Source: Spirochaetota bacterium (lineage in GTDB: Bacteria > Spirochaetota > UBA12135 > COTS27 > CBDBHE01). From it: a stretch of 64,000 nt of DNA. The position numbers were made by a program, and so were the translations under genes. The notes below the pieces were generated by a model. That model did no database searches. It saw nothing but the letters and a program-made list of their open reading frames with translations, and was not told the DNA's origin. Shown here in pieces: positions 28,803 through 38,263 of this stretch (its first letter is position 1; every line of letters starts with the position of its first letter). Location: the NCBI GenBank assembly GCA_965205605.1, contig CBDBHE010000007.1, positions 288,001-352,000 on the forward strand, given 5' to 3'.

Positions 28803-29582
28803 TTACCCATTCCTTTTCATCAATCTCTCAAAAGCCAACTGCACCGGTTTCAAGCTCCCCCACTCTTCCCCTCGACTGCCATCAAGCAATGGTAATCCTT
28901 CCTTCCTTTCGTTTCTCCCTTCGCTTCTTCCTCCCTTCCTAAGACCCATCTTCTCTAAAACCTCCACTTGCTTGCCAAGCGAAAGTGACCCTTCAAGACC
29001 CTTAAAAAACTCCCTCTCTTCCTCTCTAAGCCCTTTTAACAATCGAGCCTTCCCTCCTAAAAAAACCTCTTCACTTTCTTTCTCACTCTCTCTTAGCCCC
29101 CTCACTTCCTCTTTTAATGCCCCCACTTGCTCCTCCAACAACTTCCTCTCTTCCTTCCCCTCTCTCACCCCTTCCTCTAATCGCTCCTTCTCTTCCTCTA
29201 CCTCATTAAGCGCTTCTTTTAATTTCTGATTCTTTTGTTTCACTTTGTTCCTAGACCGATACGCCAAACTTAACGCCTCTTTACATCCTTCTTCTTTACA
29301 TCCTTCTTCTTTACATCCTTCTTCTTTACATCCTTCCTCTTTACATCCTTCTTCTTTACATCCTTCCTCTTTACAATCCCCCTCAGACAAACCTAAAAAC
29401 CCTAAATCTTCCCTTCCTAAGACCACTTCCCCCTTCTTCTTCTTCTTCTTCTTCTTCTTCTTCTCCCCACCTGCCCCTTTCAATTCTTCTTCTTCTTCAC
29501 TTTCTTCTTCTAATTCTTCTTCCACTTCCATTTCCTCTTCCTCTTCTTTTTCTACTTCTTTTTCTAGTTCTTTTACTGGCAT
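28803..29582 (-). CDS. Putative capsid scaffolding protein
   Basis: Acidic N-terminus and coiled coil; lies between portal and capsid; in-frame (CKEEG)x6. Confidence 0.6.
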   Translation of the reverse strand: MPVKELEKEVEKEEEEEMEVEEELEEESEEEEELKGAGGEKKKKKKKKKKGEVVLGREDLGFLGLSEGDCKEEGCKEEGCKEEGCKEEGCKEEGCKEEGCKEALSLAYRSRNKVKQKNQKLKEALNEVEEEKERLEEGVREGKEERKLLEEQVGALKEEVRGLRESEKESEEVFLGGKARLLKGLREEEREFFKGLEGSLSLGKQVEVLEKMGLRKGGRSEGRNERKEGLPLLDGSRGEEWGSLKPVQLAFERLMKRNG

Positions 29583-29700
29583 TGTTTTGACTCCTTCTTT
29601 AATTTTTTTATTTTCTTCTTTTCATATCCTTGACATTTAATCATAAATATAAATACTCTTCCCTTCTTTATTCCTTCTTTAAGCAAGTCTTTATTTTTTT

Positions 29701-31158
29701 TTAACTTAAAATGTTTCGCTTCACTTGCTCGTTTTCTTCTTGATTCCTAAGCAGCCTTTCTTTAATCATCCCACGACCTACCCCTGGATTCTCTCGACCC
29801 ACAAGGTCCACAATCGAAAGCCGATTTTGCTCCAGCAGCATCCCTTCATGAGCATCTTGCTCTCTTTGAGTCAAAAAGCTTTTTAATTCCCCCCACTGAG
29901 TCGTCATCTTAAAAGGTGAAAGCTTTCGCCCCAGTCCCGCTTCTTTAGCAACCGACCCCACTAGCGCCATCAGTGAAAAAAGCTTCTTCTCACTTGACTT
30001 GTATAATGGCACCACTTTCTGCCTAATCTCATCCAACGCAAATCGCTGCAACATCATCGCTTCAGCACTTTGTCTCACTCCTCTACCTCCACTCCCTTCA
30101 CTCCCCAGTATCGCCCCTCCATTATCCGCAATCCGCCTCCTAAGCGTGTTTAGAACCTCCACATATCGACTGAGCTCTTCGGTAAACGTGTACCCATGAA
30201 CCCCAATGCGGCCGTTTTCTCCTCCTCCTCTCGCCACCAACACACTCAAAGCATCTGTCGAAAATTGCCTCAGTTTTTCCTCAATGTCCTCACTTAAGTC
30301 CCCCGTTAAAATCATCTGCCGATACCCTCCCAATCTTAATAACGAATTTAAATGAGTCAAATGAACATTCATCTGTAACGTCCCTTCATACAACTCTTCA
30401 TTAAACCCTCTCTCCCAAAAACTCATCCCCTTCTGCACCCTAAAGGCAACATACGGTATCTCATACCTCTTCAAATCTCCTTCATACCACTTATACGGGT
30501 TTTCTATCGACACCTTCGCTTTCGCTCTCTTAAAGTCAAGTCTCACCCCTTCCTCCAAATTATACACCCGATACTGTCCCACTCCCTCTCGATCAAGACT
30601 GCTCTTCCCATTCGTCCACACAAACACTTTCCGCCCTCCAACCCCTTTAACCCCTCCTTTTAAGCCCACTTCATTCACTAAAAGATTCATCTCAAAAGGA
30701 TTCTCCTCGCTCTCCTCCACCTCAACAGCGTACGAAGGCACCGGAATTAACTCCATCTTCCCCCTCACCACTCCAATCCGAATAAACCCTACCCCAGTAA
30801 TATTCGCATACTGGTCTACCACACTTAACCCATGCTCCACTTCCCCTTCACTCACCATCTCCTTGAATATCCCTTCGTCCCCTTCCATTTTGAAAAAAAA
30901 CTCCCTCACAGGTGACTTCGTGTACAAAACCGTCTTTAAATCAATCATCTTCCTAAATAAATTGTCCCACGATACAATCATCGGTCCCAGTTTCTCATAA
31001 TTCTCTCTCGAAAATTGCCCCCTCACTAACCCTTCCACTTCTCCCTTAAACACTCCCCAGTACATCTCAAACTTCTTTAAATCCCTCTCTCGCCTCATCG
31101 ACCAACTTCTTAACCATCTCTCTTCCTCTCTCTTCTTCTCATTTAATAAAAACTTCAT
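29701..31158 (-). CDS. Phage portal protein
   Basis: 485 aa directly after terminase; NLFRKMIDLKTVLYTKSPVR, IPYVAF, QSAEAM motifs of SPP1-like portals. Confidence 0.75.
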   Translation of the reverse strand: MKFLLNEKKREEERWLRSWSMRRERDLKKFEMYWGVFKGEVEGLVRGQFSRENYEKLGPMIVSWDNLFRKMIDLKTVLYTKSPVREFFFKMEGDEGIFKEMVSEGEVEHGLSVVDQYANITGVGFIRIGVVRGKMELIPVPSYAVEVEESEENPFEMNLLVNEVGLKGGVKGVGGRKVFVWTNGKSSLDREGVGQYRVYNLEEGVRLDFKRAKAKVSIENPYKWYEGDLKRYEIPYVAFRVQKGMSFWERGFNEELYEGTLQMNVHLTHLNSLLRLGGYRQMILTGDLSEDIEEKLRQFSTDALSVLVARGGGENGRIGVHGYTFTEELSRYVEVLNTLRRRIADNGGAILGSEGSGGRGVRQSAEAMMLQRFALDEIRQKVVPLYKSSEKKLFSLMALVGSVAKEAGLGRKLSPFKMTTQWGELKSFLTQREQDAHEGMLLEQNRLSIVDLVGRENPGVGRGMIKERLLRNQEENEQVKRNILS

Positions 31159-31374
31159 CTTCTCTTCTTCTCCTTCTTTAATTTTTTTTCTCTTTTTATG
31201 TTTTTTTTATGTTTTTTTTTAATTTTTTACTCTTTTATGATATACTTGTTCCGATCATATATATTACTGCTTGCTTGGTTATTTCTTCTTTTTTGCTTTT
31301 ATAAAGAGGGAATAGCCAAGCATTTTGTTTTCTTAATTAAAAAATTAAAATAAATCTCTCTTTATCATTAAACT

Positions 31375-33138
31375 TCAAGTCACACATGTCATCGGTTTCT
31401 TCTTCCCAAAATAAACCGCCAAAAAGTAATACAACGCACTGCCCAAATGCGAATGCCCATCATGAACCGGCCGATCGCTCCCATCCGTTTTCCACCCACG
31501 TAGCATCCTCGCACTCAAAGGGCATTGTTTTTCACACACCCTAAGAACAGGTGAATATTCCCTCGCCAAAGATAAGTAATCAATCAATGGCTTCTTAACC
31601 GTTTGAATCTTAATCTCAGGTTCTAGTACCCCCGTCCAACTTAAAGGCCTCTTCGAATACACCGCCCCACTCCTCGCTCGCCCCGCCGGGTCAGCCGCAT
31701 GTCCCCTAAAACAATACCCCTTCCTAAGAACCATCTCTTTACAAAATCCTGCCGTCTTTCCCCTCCCTTGCCACTCGTCAATCAACCGAACTTCAACATT
31801 AAATAAATCCTCCCTATCTCTCACCCCTTCCTCTCTCTTCACCACTTGTAAAAATAAAATAGCCGTGGGATCGTCTACCCCAAAATCCCAACTCGTCCAA
31901 ACTTCCCCCTCTTCCTCTTCTAATAAAAAAGCCTCCCTCACAAACGTCTCTTCACTCACTTCATACACCCTCCTCTCCTCACTATCTTCCCATTCACCCA
32001 GTAAAAATCGACTGCGATTAACTCCCCTTAACCCCTTCTGCGACAACAAGTAATCTTCACTCACGTATAAATTGTCCTTCGTTAAAAAATGAAACGATTG
32101 TATCTCTTCCCTTCCTCCCTTCCCTCTCTCTTCTTCCTCTTCCTCTCCATTATTTCCTTTTCCTTTCCCATTCCCATTTCCATTCCCATTCCCATTCCCA
32201 GTCCCATTCCCAGTCCCTTTAGAAAATGATTTAACAAATGACCCGCCTCCCGTTTTAGCACCAGAAAAAAAAGTCTTCTTTTCAATGAAGTACTCCCTTA
32301 CCCAATGCTCCCTGCCTTTCGGATTGCAATCACACACCAGTTTCGAAACTCGCTCTTGCATCAAGTCACGTCCCCCATGAAGCCGAGTAAGCAACTTCTC
32401 AAAATCTAAAAAATCAATGTCCGTAATCTCTCCAATAAAAATATCCGCCCATTCGCTTCCTAGCACCGCATCACGGTGGCGAGAGTTTTCAATCCCTCCC
32501 ATCTCAATCACCGAACCATTCCTAAACACAATCTGCCTTTTCGCTTTCTCTTCTCTCCACTCTCCCCCTTCACCCCCCAACATCCGTTTTAAAACCCCAA
32601 GCAACGTCTGCTCATATACCGTCTTCATCACACTCGTCACCGTCTTCCTCACCACTAGCCTCCTCGTCTGCGGCATCAAACAACTCCTAGCTACAAAAAA
32701 AACACACAATAAAAAAGTCTTGCCAGCTCGACTAGCCCCATACAATAAAAAACTCTTCCCTTCTCCCCAAAGTCGTCCCCACACTTCCTTTTGACGCTCG
32801 CTTAAATCTACCATCCGATATTTTAAAATCTCTCTCCCATTACCTCTCTCAAAACCTCTCCCATTACCTCTCTCAAAACTTCGTCCCTCTCCCAAACTTC
32901 CTTCCTCCCCTCTTTCTCTTTCTCTTTCTCTTTCTCTTTCTCTTTCTCTTTCTTCCTTCCTTCTTTTGCCTTCAAATCGCTCCATCATCTCGACAAGCTT
33001 AATCAGCCCACGAGGGTCCTCTTTACTCTTCTCCATAAACCCTCTCACCATTTGCTCTACCCCTCTTAGTCCCTCTCCCTTTTCCCCAAACAAGTATTCG
33101 CTAATAAACCCTTCTATCTTTTCTAAAATCCTTCTCAT
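31375..33138 (-). CDS. Terminase large subunit with an N-terminal extension
   Basis: Walker A YGASRAGKT, FRNGSVIEMGG, CDCNP, DNLY, RFLLGEW, nuclease WDFGVDDPTA. Confidence 0.9.
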   Translation of the reverse strand: MRRILEKIEGFISEYLFGEKGEGLRGVEQMVRGFMEKSKEDPRGLIKLVEMMERFEGKRRKEERERERERERERERGEEGSLGEGRSFERGNGRGFERGNGREILKYRMVDLSERQKEVWGRLWGEGKSFLLYGASRAGKTFLLCVFFVARSCLMPQTRRLVVRKTVTSVMKTVYEQTLLGVLKRMLGGEGGEWREEKAKRQIVFRNGSVIEMGGIENSRHRDAVLGSEWADIFIGEITDIDFLDFEKLLTRLHGGRDLMQERVSKLVCDCNPKGREHWVREYFIEKKTFFSGAKTGGGSFVKSFSKGTGNGTGNGNGNGNGNGKGKGNNGEEEEEERGKGGREEIQSFHFLTKDNLYVSEDYLLSQKGLRGVNRSRFLLGEWEDSEERRVYEVSEETFVREAFLLEEEEGEVWTSWDFGVDDPTAILFLQVVKREEGVRDREDLFNVEVRLIDEWQGRGKTAGFCKEMVLRKGYCFRGHAADPAGRARSGAVYSKRPLSWTGVLEPEIKIQTVKKPLIDYLSLAREYSPVLRVCEKQCPLSARMLRGWKTDGSDRPVHDGHSHLGSALYYFLAVYFGKKKPMTCVT

Positions 33139-33233
33139 TTCTATTTTTTTCCTCCCCTTGATACTTTTCTTTTAAACAGAGACTTATCTTCTCCTTTTTT
33201 TGTTTCGTTTCTTCTTCTTCTATCCTTCTCTTT

Positions 33234-33350
33234 ATAAAATTAACCTATAAAATTAACCTATAAAATTAACCTATAAAATTAACCTATAAAATTAACCTAT
33301 AAAATTAACCTATAAAATTAACCTATAAAATTAACCTATAAAGTCAACCT
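33234..33350. repeat. 13-bp tandem repeat ATAAAATTAACCT x8 plus one degenerate copy
   Basis: Perfect copies every 13 bp from 33234; upstream of terminase. Confidence 0.95.
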
Positions 33351-33764
33351 CATCTCTTACAAACAAACTTCATCAAAAACAAACAAACTTCATCAAAAAA
33401 AAAAAAAACTTCATCAAAAAAAAAAAAAACTTCATCAAAAAAAAAAAAAAAGTGTCGAAAATATAAAAATAAACATAAAAAAATAAAAAATATAAAAACA
33501 AAGAATGTTTATCTTTATCATAGAACGTCAAGCACATAAAAAGTTCGTTGCTAAACCTCAAACAAAGAAAATTAAAAACTTGCTTAAAAAAAAAATAAAA
33601 ATTAATCTTTGGTTTAAAAAAAAATAAAAATTTTTTTATCTCTTCTTACGCGCCTTATCATAAACACAGACTTTCTTCGCTTGGTTATTTCTTCTTTAAC
33701 TAAGAACTTAATAAAAAAAAACAAAATTAATTTCTGTTTATCGTTAAATGTCAAGCACATTTTT

Positions 33765-34049
33765 TTATGATATTCTTAACACCTTTTCTTTTCGGTGCCT
33801 CTCTTTTTCCACAAACTCTGGAAATAGCCTATCTACCTTCTCTCTAAGCTCTATCATCTGACAACGAGGACACTTCGCCCCAGCCACAAAGCCTCCCTTA
33901 AAACAAGCCCTCTTATCACAATGACACTTTAACCTCTCTAACATCTCTTCATCTCTCATCGAAATCGCTCGATTGTACACTTCCCTCTCTTCACTCGTGT
34001 ATCCCCATTCTTTCAGCCTCTTTTCCTTTAGCCTTCTCATCAAACTCAT
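33765..34049 (-). CDS. Small Cys-containing (possible Zn-binding) phage protein
   Basis: CHCDKRAC...CPRC; GAGAAGGG RBS. Confidence 0.5.
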   Translation of the reverse strand: MSLMRRLKEKRLKEWGYTSEEREVYNRAISMRDEEMLERLKCHCDKRACFKGGFVAGAKCPRCQMIELREKVDRLFPEFVEKERHRKEKVLRIS

Positions 34050-34314
34050 CCCTTCTCTCCCCTCTCATTTTTTTTTTTTTTTTCCTCAAAACTCTTTTTA
34101 AAATCAAAAAAAAAAAAAAAGTCGTTTTTAGATTACGCCAGTTTCCTCTCCTGTCAATTAATTTTCCCTCCCCTCAATGTGAAGCAGTCACTTTAAAAAC
34201 AATCCACACTCCTCCGTGCTTTTAAAACAGCAGCATTTTTTTTAATTTTTTCTTTTTTTTATGATATCCTTGACATTCGATAATAAATACATAAAAAAAT
34301 TAAAGGAGACTGCT

Positions 34315-34596
34315 ATGAGAGGATTGATTCATTTTTTTAGAGAGCTTGTCGGAGAGATTACAGAGTTGCTAATGGAGATTTTTGGGGAAAGAATGCGCTT
34401 ACTGCTCAGTGAATTGTTAAAAACTTCTTTCATTGCGATTTTACTCATCGCCTCGCTTCAAATCTTAGAAATCCCCTTTTTTAATCAAATCGATGTTTTA
34501 GGGCGGACTTTAAACCTCATTGACCGACTAGGCGACTGGGCAGGGTGGTTGGCTTTATTCACAGCTCTTTACTTTATTTCAAAACAAACCAAATGA
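34315..34596 (+). CDS. Small two-TM membrane protein
   Basis: AAGGAG RBS before ATG at 34315; two hydrophobic segments. Confidence 0.55.
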   Translation: MRGLIHFFRELVGEITELLMEIFGERMRLLLSELLKTSFIAILLIASLQILEIPFFNQIDVLGRTLNLIDRLGDWAGWLALFTALYFISKQTK

Positions 34597-34792
34597 ACTC
34601 CATTTTACAAAAAAAAAAAAGTAAATTATTTTCTTAATTAAAAAAATAAAATTAATCTCTGTTTATCTTAAAAAGTTAAGCATCTCAAAAAAAAAAAAAA
34701 AAAAAAAGTTGACCAACTCTTTTTTGGTTTTACAATTTACTTATTCTTGCCCCTTACAGCAATAAACCACCCAAAGGAGACCATCAAAGCCA

Positions 34793-35662
34793 ATGAAACC
34801 TCTCGTTAACGAGTTTTCTTTAATTTTTAGCCCAAGCCTTTCAAAACACTTGGGACTCAAACAAGCCATTTTCTTGCAACAACTTCATTACTGGATTGTT
34901 AAAAAAATCGAAAAAGACCCCGAAAATCCAAAGTCTTTTTGGGTTTACAACACCGCAAAACAGTGGTGCGAGCAACTGCCTTTTTTGTCTGAAAAATCTT
35001 TCTGGCGACTTATCTCGTCTTTGAAAAAAAAAAACCTTCTGCTTGTCTCAAACCAAAACCGACTTAAGTTTGATAAAACTAATTGGTATTCTCTCCATTA
35101 CCAAAACTTGCATTCTCTTTTTAAATGGCCTCTATCATCGGCCCCTTCATCACAACCAACTGCTTCATCACAATCCCCCAAAAGTCGTTTAAGCTCTAAC
35201 CCTCCTCCTCCATTGTTTCCCACTCCTTTAGTCCAAATTGACCCTTCCCACCTGCCCCCTTTGACCCCCCCTATACCAGAGACTAACCCTAAGACTACTC
35301 ATCCATCTATTTCTTTATCCATTCCTTCCCCATCACCTACTGATTTTTCTTTACCCCCTCAAGAGCCGTCATTAAAAAAACCCTTAGAAGAGAAAAATGT
35401 TTTTTTAAGTAAATCTCAAGTGGTCTTTTTGTTAAAAAAATATTCCAAGACCTTGCTTAGGAAGTTTATTAAAAAATTAAGCTTGTACAAGTGGTCTTCG
35501 GGAAAAAAGTACGCATGTGATTTCGCTGCAATTTTAAACTGGGTGGCCGTGGCCGTCTTGAAAGAAGAAAAAACAGCTTCGCGAAAACCTAGCTCAAGGG
35601 CTTATAAACTCCACCCCAATCAAAGGGCTCTTAAACGCTATTTGGAAATGGAAAAAAATTAA
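34793..35662 (+). CDS. Phage replication initiator / replisome organizer
   Basis: PSLSKHLGLKQAIFLQQLHYW...WVYNT...FDKTNWYS winged-helix N-domain; PIPET linker; KKLSLYK..GKKY..AAILNW C-domain. Confidence 0.8.
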   Translation: MKPLVNEFSLIFSPSLSKHLGLKQAIFLQQLHYWIVKKIEKDPENPKSFWVYNTAKQWCEQLPFLSEKSFWRLISSLKKKNLLLVSNQNRLKFDKTNWYSLHYQNLHSLFKWPLSSAPSSQPTASSQSPKSRLSSNPPPPLFPTPLVQIDPSHLPPLTPPIPETNPKTTHPSISLSIPSPSPTDFSLPPQEPSLKKPLEEKNVFLSKSQVVFLLKKYSKTLLRKFIKKLSLYKWSSGKKYACDFAAILNWVAVAVLKEEKTASRKPSSRAYKLHPNQRALKRYLEMEKN

Positions 35663-35876
35663 ATACTTCATTTAAAAACTACCTTTAAAAAACTCTATTT
35701 AAGAAAAAATAACCAAGGAAAAAGTATTTATATTGATGATTAAACGTTAAGAACATTTTTTTTATGTGCTTAAGTGTTCTACGATTTACACACCCTCTCT
35801 TTGCTTGGCATTTCTTCTTTAACCCCGCATATAAAAAAAAATGTTAAGCACAGGAAAGAATAAAAAAGGAGTCAAA

Positions 35877-36179
35877 ATGGACGTAGAGAAAAAGAAAGTG
35901 TTAAAAATGGTGATGAGTCTTTTTGAGTCAAAGCTCAAGCGATATAATGAAAACACTTTGGAAGTTTGGGTTGAGATGTTAAGGGGTTATGAAGAGAAAA
36001 AACTCAATGACGTATTTTTACAAGTCATTCGTAGTGGGGATGAGTTTCCTTCGGTTGGGAAAATGATTGAAATCATGGAGCACGGGGAGCTTTTAAATGA
36101 AAGCGAGCGTCAAGAAATCTACTACCGGCAAAAACGAAAAGAAGCTTTATTACTTTTAGAGGAGGCAAAGGAGGAATAA
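35877..36179 (+). CDS. Replicative helicase loader/inhibitor-like protein (SPP1 G39P-like)
   Basis: VWVEMLRGY...FPSVGKMI pattern; follows the initiator; RBS before ATG at 35877. Confidence 0.5.
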   Translation: MDVEKKKVLKMVMSLFESKLKRYNENTLEVWVEMLRGYEEKKLNDVFLQVIRSGDEFPSVGKMIEIMEHGELLNESERQEIYYRQKRKEALLLLEEAKEE

Positions 36180-36218
36180 AAAAACAAGAAGAAATAAAAA
36201 AAAACGAGGAGGTAATCC

Positions 36219-36659
36219 GTGAAACATGGTGATAAAAAAGCAAGTGAGTTAAAAGGTTTTAGTGGTCTAAAGGGAGAAGTAAGTGTGTACTTGGAAGGGC
36301 TAAAAAAAAGACTGGGAAGGGAGGAGAAGGACAAAAGTTGTCCGCGATGTCAAGGCAAAATGGTGATGCTAGGAGGGAAGGTGTTTTGTGGGGAGTTTTG
36401 TTTTGAAGAAGAAAAGGAAGCGAAGAAAAAGAAGGACAAAAGAAGGATGAAGCTAACGATGTTTGATGAAAAGATGCAGCAACTTTTTTTGTCTAAAGGG
36501 AGGAAGGTGCCTTCGATTGAGATGGTGAAGATTTGGTGGGAGGTGGTTTGCGAAGAGCAAGAAGAAAGTTTAAGGGGTGGATTTAAAACGTATATGATGA
36601 GTCTTAGGAGTGATTTGCAAGTTTCTGTTTTATTGGATTTTGCTAGGAATAGCCGCTAA
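36219..36659 (+). CDS. Zn-ribbon phage protein
   Basis: CPRC...CGEFC; GAGGAGG RBS. Confidence 0.5.
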   Translation: MKHGDKKASELKGFSGLKGEVSVYLEGLKKRLGREEKDKSCPRCQGKMVMLGGKVFCGEFCFEEEKEAKKKKDKRRMKLTMFDEKMQQLFLSKGRKVPSIEMVKIWWEVVCEEQEESLRGGFKTYMMSLRSDLQVSVLLDFARNSR

Positions 36660-37032
36660 GAAAAGGCTTTATTTTAGAAGGAATAATAAAGCGAAGAGTA
36701 TTTATATTTATGAAAAAAAATATCAAGCGAAGACAATTTTTGTTTGTCGTTAAATGTCAAGCTTTAACATAAAGTTTAAGAAAAAATAATAAAGCGAAGA
36801 GTATTTATATTTATCCGAAGAGTATTTATATTTATGATCAGGTGTGAAGCCGATCAAAAAAAAAAAAAAAAAAAAAAAGTGAAAAGTGTTAAGAACATAA
36901 AAAAAAAAAATCGTTAAATTTGAAGAACACAGGAAAATAAATAAGATACCGAAGACGTAGAAAAAACAATGGCTTTCATTTAAGAAAGAATAATGAACTC
37001 TATTTAAGAAGATAAAAAAAAGAAAAGAGGTA

Positions 37033-37356
37033 GTGAAAAGTATGGAAAAAATCAAAAATGAAAATAAAGAAACAGGAAGTTTTTTTGGAGAGAAGAAATT
37101 GGAAGTATTACTCAATCGAGTGAGGATGAAGATAAAATACGGCACTGACTTGACGATTGGAGAAGTGGCGGCTTACTTATCGCTGAGTGTGAGCAAAGTG
37201 AGGAACTTACTGGGGCTAGGGAAGGTTTTTTATGAAGGGAGGTGGCTTTTTTCGACTAAGAAATTAAACTTCATTCGGTTAGGACGTTCTATTCGGATAC
37301 CGACGAAATCATTTTTACTGTTTTTAAAAGAGACGGAGAACGAAAAGGATGTTTAA
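37033..37356 (+). CDS. Excisionase-like / MerR-type helix-turn-helix DNA-binding protein
   Basis: LTIGEVAAYLSLSVSKVRNL...IRLGRSIRIP. Confidence 0.75.
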   Translation: MKSMEKIKNENKETGSFFGEKKLEVLLNRVRMKIKYGTDLTIGEVAAYLSLSVSKVRNLLGLGKVFYEGRWLFSTKKLNFIRLGRSIRIPTKSFLLFLKETENEKDV

Positions 37357-37491
37357 AAACTTGCTTAAAGAAGAAATGTGAAGGAAGATTTGACATAAAA
37401 AAAAGAAGCGAAGAGTATTGATATTTATGATTAAACGTGAAGGACAGGAAAAAAGATAACATAAAAGATATCAAGGAGATAATAAAGAAAC

Positions 37492-37520
37492 TTGATAGAA
37501 TGGGAAAGGAATGCTAAGAT
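37492..37520 (+). promoter_or_regulatory. Sigma70-type promoter
   Basis: TTGATA-N17-TAAGAT with TG extended -10. Confidence 0.5.
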
Positions 37521-37619
37521 GATGTTTTTGGTGATTAGAGGGGCTAAAGAAATAAAAAGGCCGTGAGAAAAAAGGGCTTTAAAGGGTTTTAAAGGGTTTT
37601 TAAAAGGAGGTGGTATGGG

Positions 37620-38009
37620 ATGAAACGAACTGAGCTGGAAAGGAAAAAGAGAGACTTAAAAAAAAGAGAGAAGAAAGAGAAGTTGCTGGCAGAAAAGATT
37701 GAGCTTAGGGAATTAGTCCGTGGTGAAGTCCACAGCGAAGATTTTTTTAAGGAAGGGGGTGGAGGAGAAAAAGGTGGTATGAGGAAAGGAGCGGGAGTTT
37801 ATATCAAGACATTAAGTGGATTATTTCGGTATGACGAGGAAGAGATTTACAATTTAAGTGACGAGAGGATTTTAAACGTGCTCATTGAGATAAAGGAGGT
37901 GGTACCGAGAACGAAATGGGACAATGTTTTGAGGAAAGCGATTAGGAGCACGAAGGTAAGGAAAAAAGAGAATGCTTTTATTGAGTTAAAATCTCTTTTG
38001 GAAGATTAA
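37620..38009 (+). CDS. Hypothetical protein
   Basis: AGGAGG RBS, 129-aa ORF; no family recognised. Confidence 0.6.
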   Translation: MKRTELERKKRDLKKREKKEKLLAEKIELRELVRGEVHSEDFFKEGGGGEKGGMRKGAGVYIKTLSGLFRYDEEEIYNLSDERILNVLIEIKEVVPRTKWDNVLRKAIRSTKVRKKENAFIELKSLLED

Positions 38010-38092
38010 AGGCTTGGTTTAAGGCTTGGTTTAAGGCTTGATTTAAGGCTTGATTTAAGGCTTGATTTAAGGCTTGATTTAAGGCTTGATTT
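38009..38092. repeat. 12-bp tandem repeat AAGGCTTGRTTT x7 at a stop codon
   Basis: Copies every 12 bp from 38009. Confidence 0.95.
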
Positions 38093-38263
38093 AAAAACTC
38101 TATTTAAGAAAAAATAACGAAGCGAAAAAAAGTCTTTGTTTTACAAAAAATAATAAAGCAAATTATTTTCTTAATTAAAAAAACAGAATTAATTTTTGTT
38201 TGTCGTTAAATGTCAAGCATATGAAAAAAGAATCATAAGATTTTAATCAAAGGGAAGAAGGCT

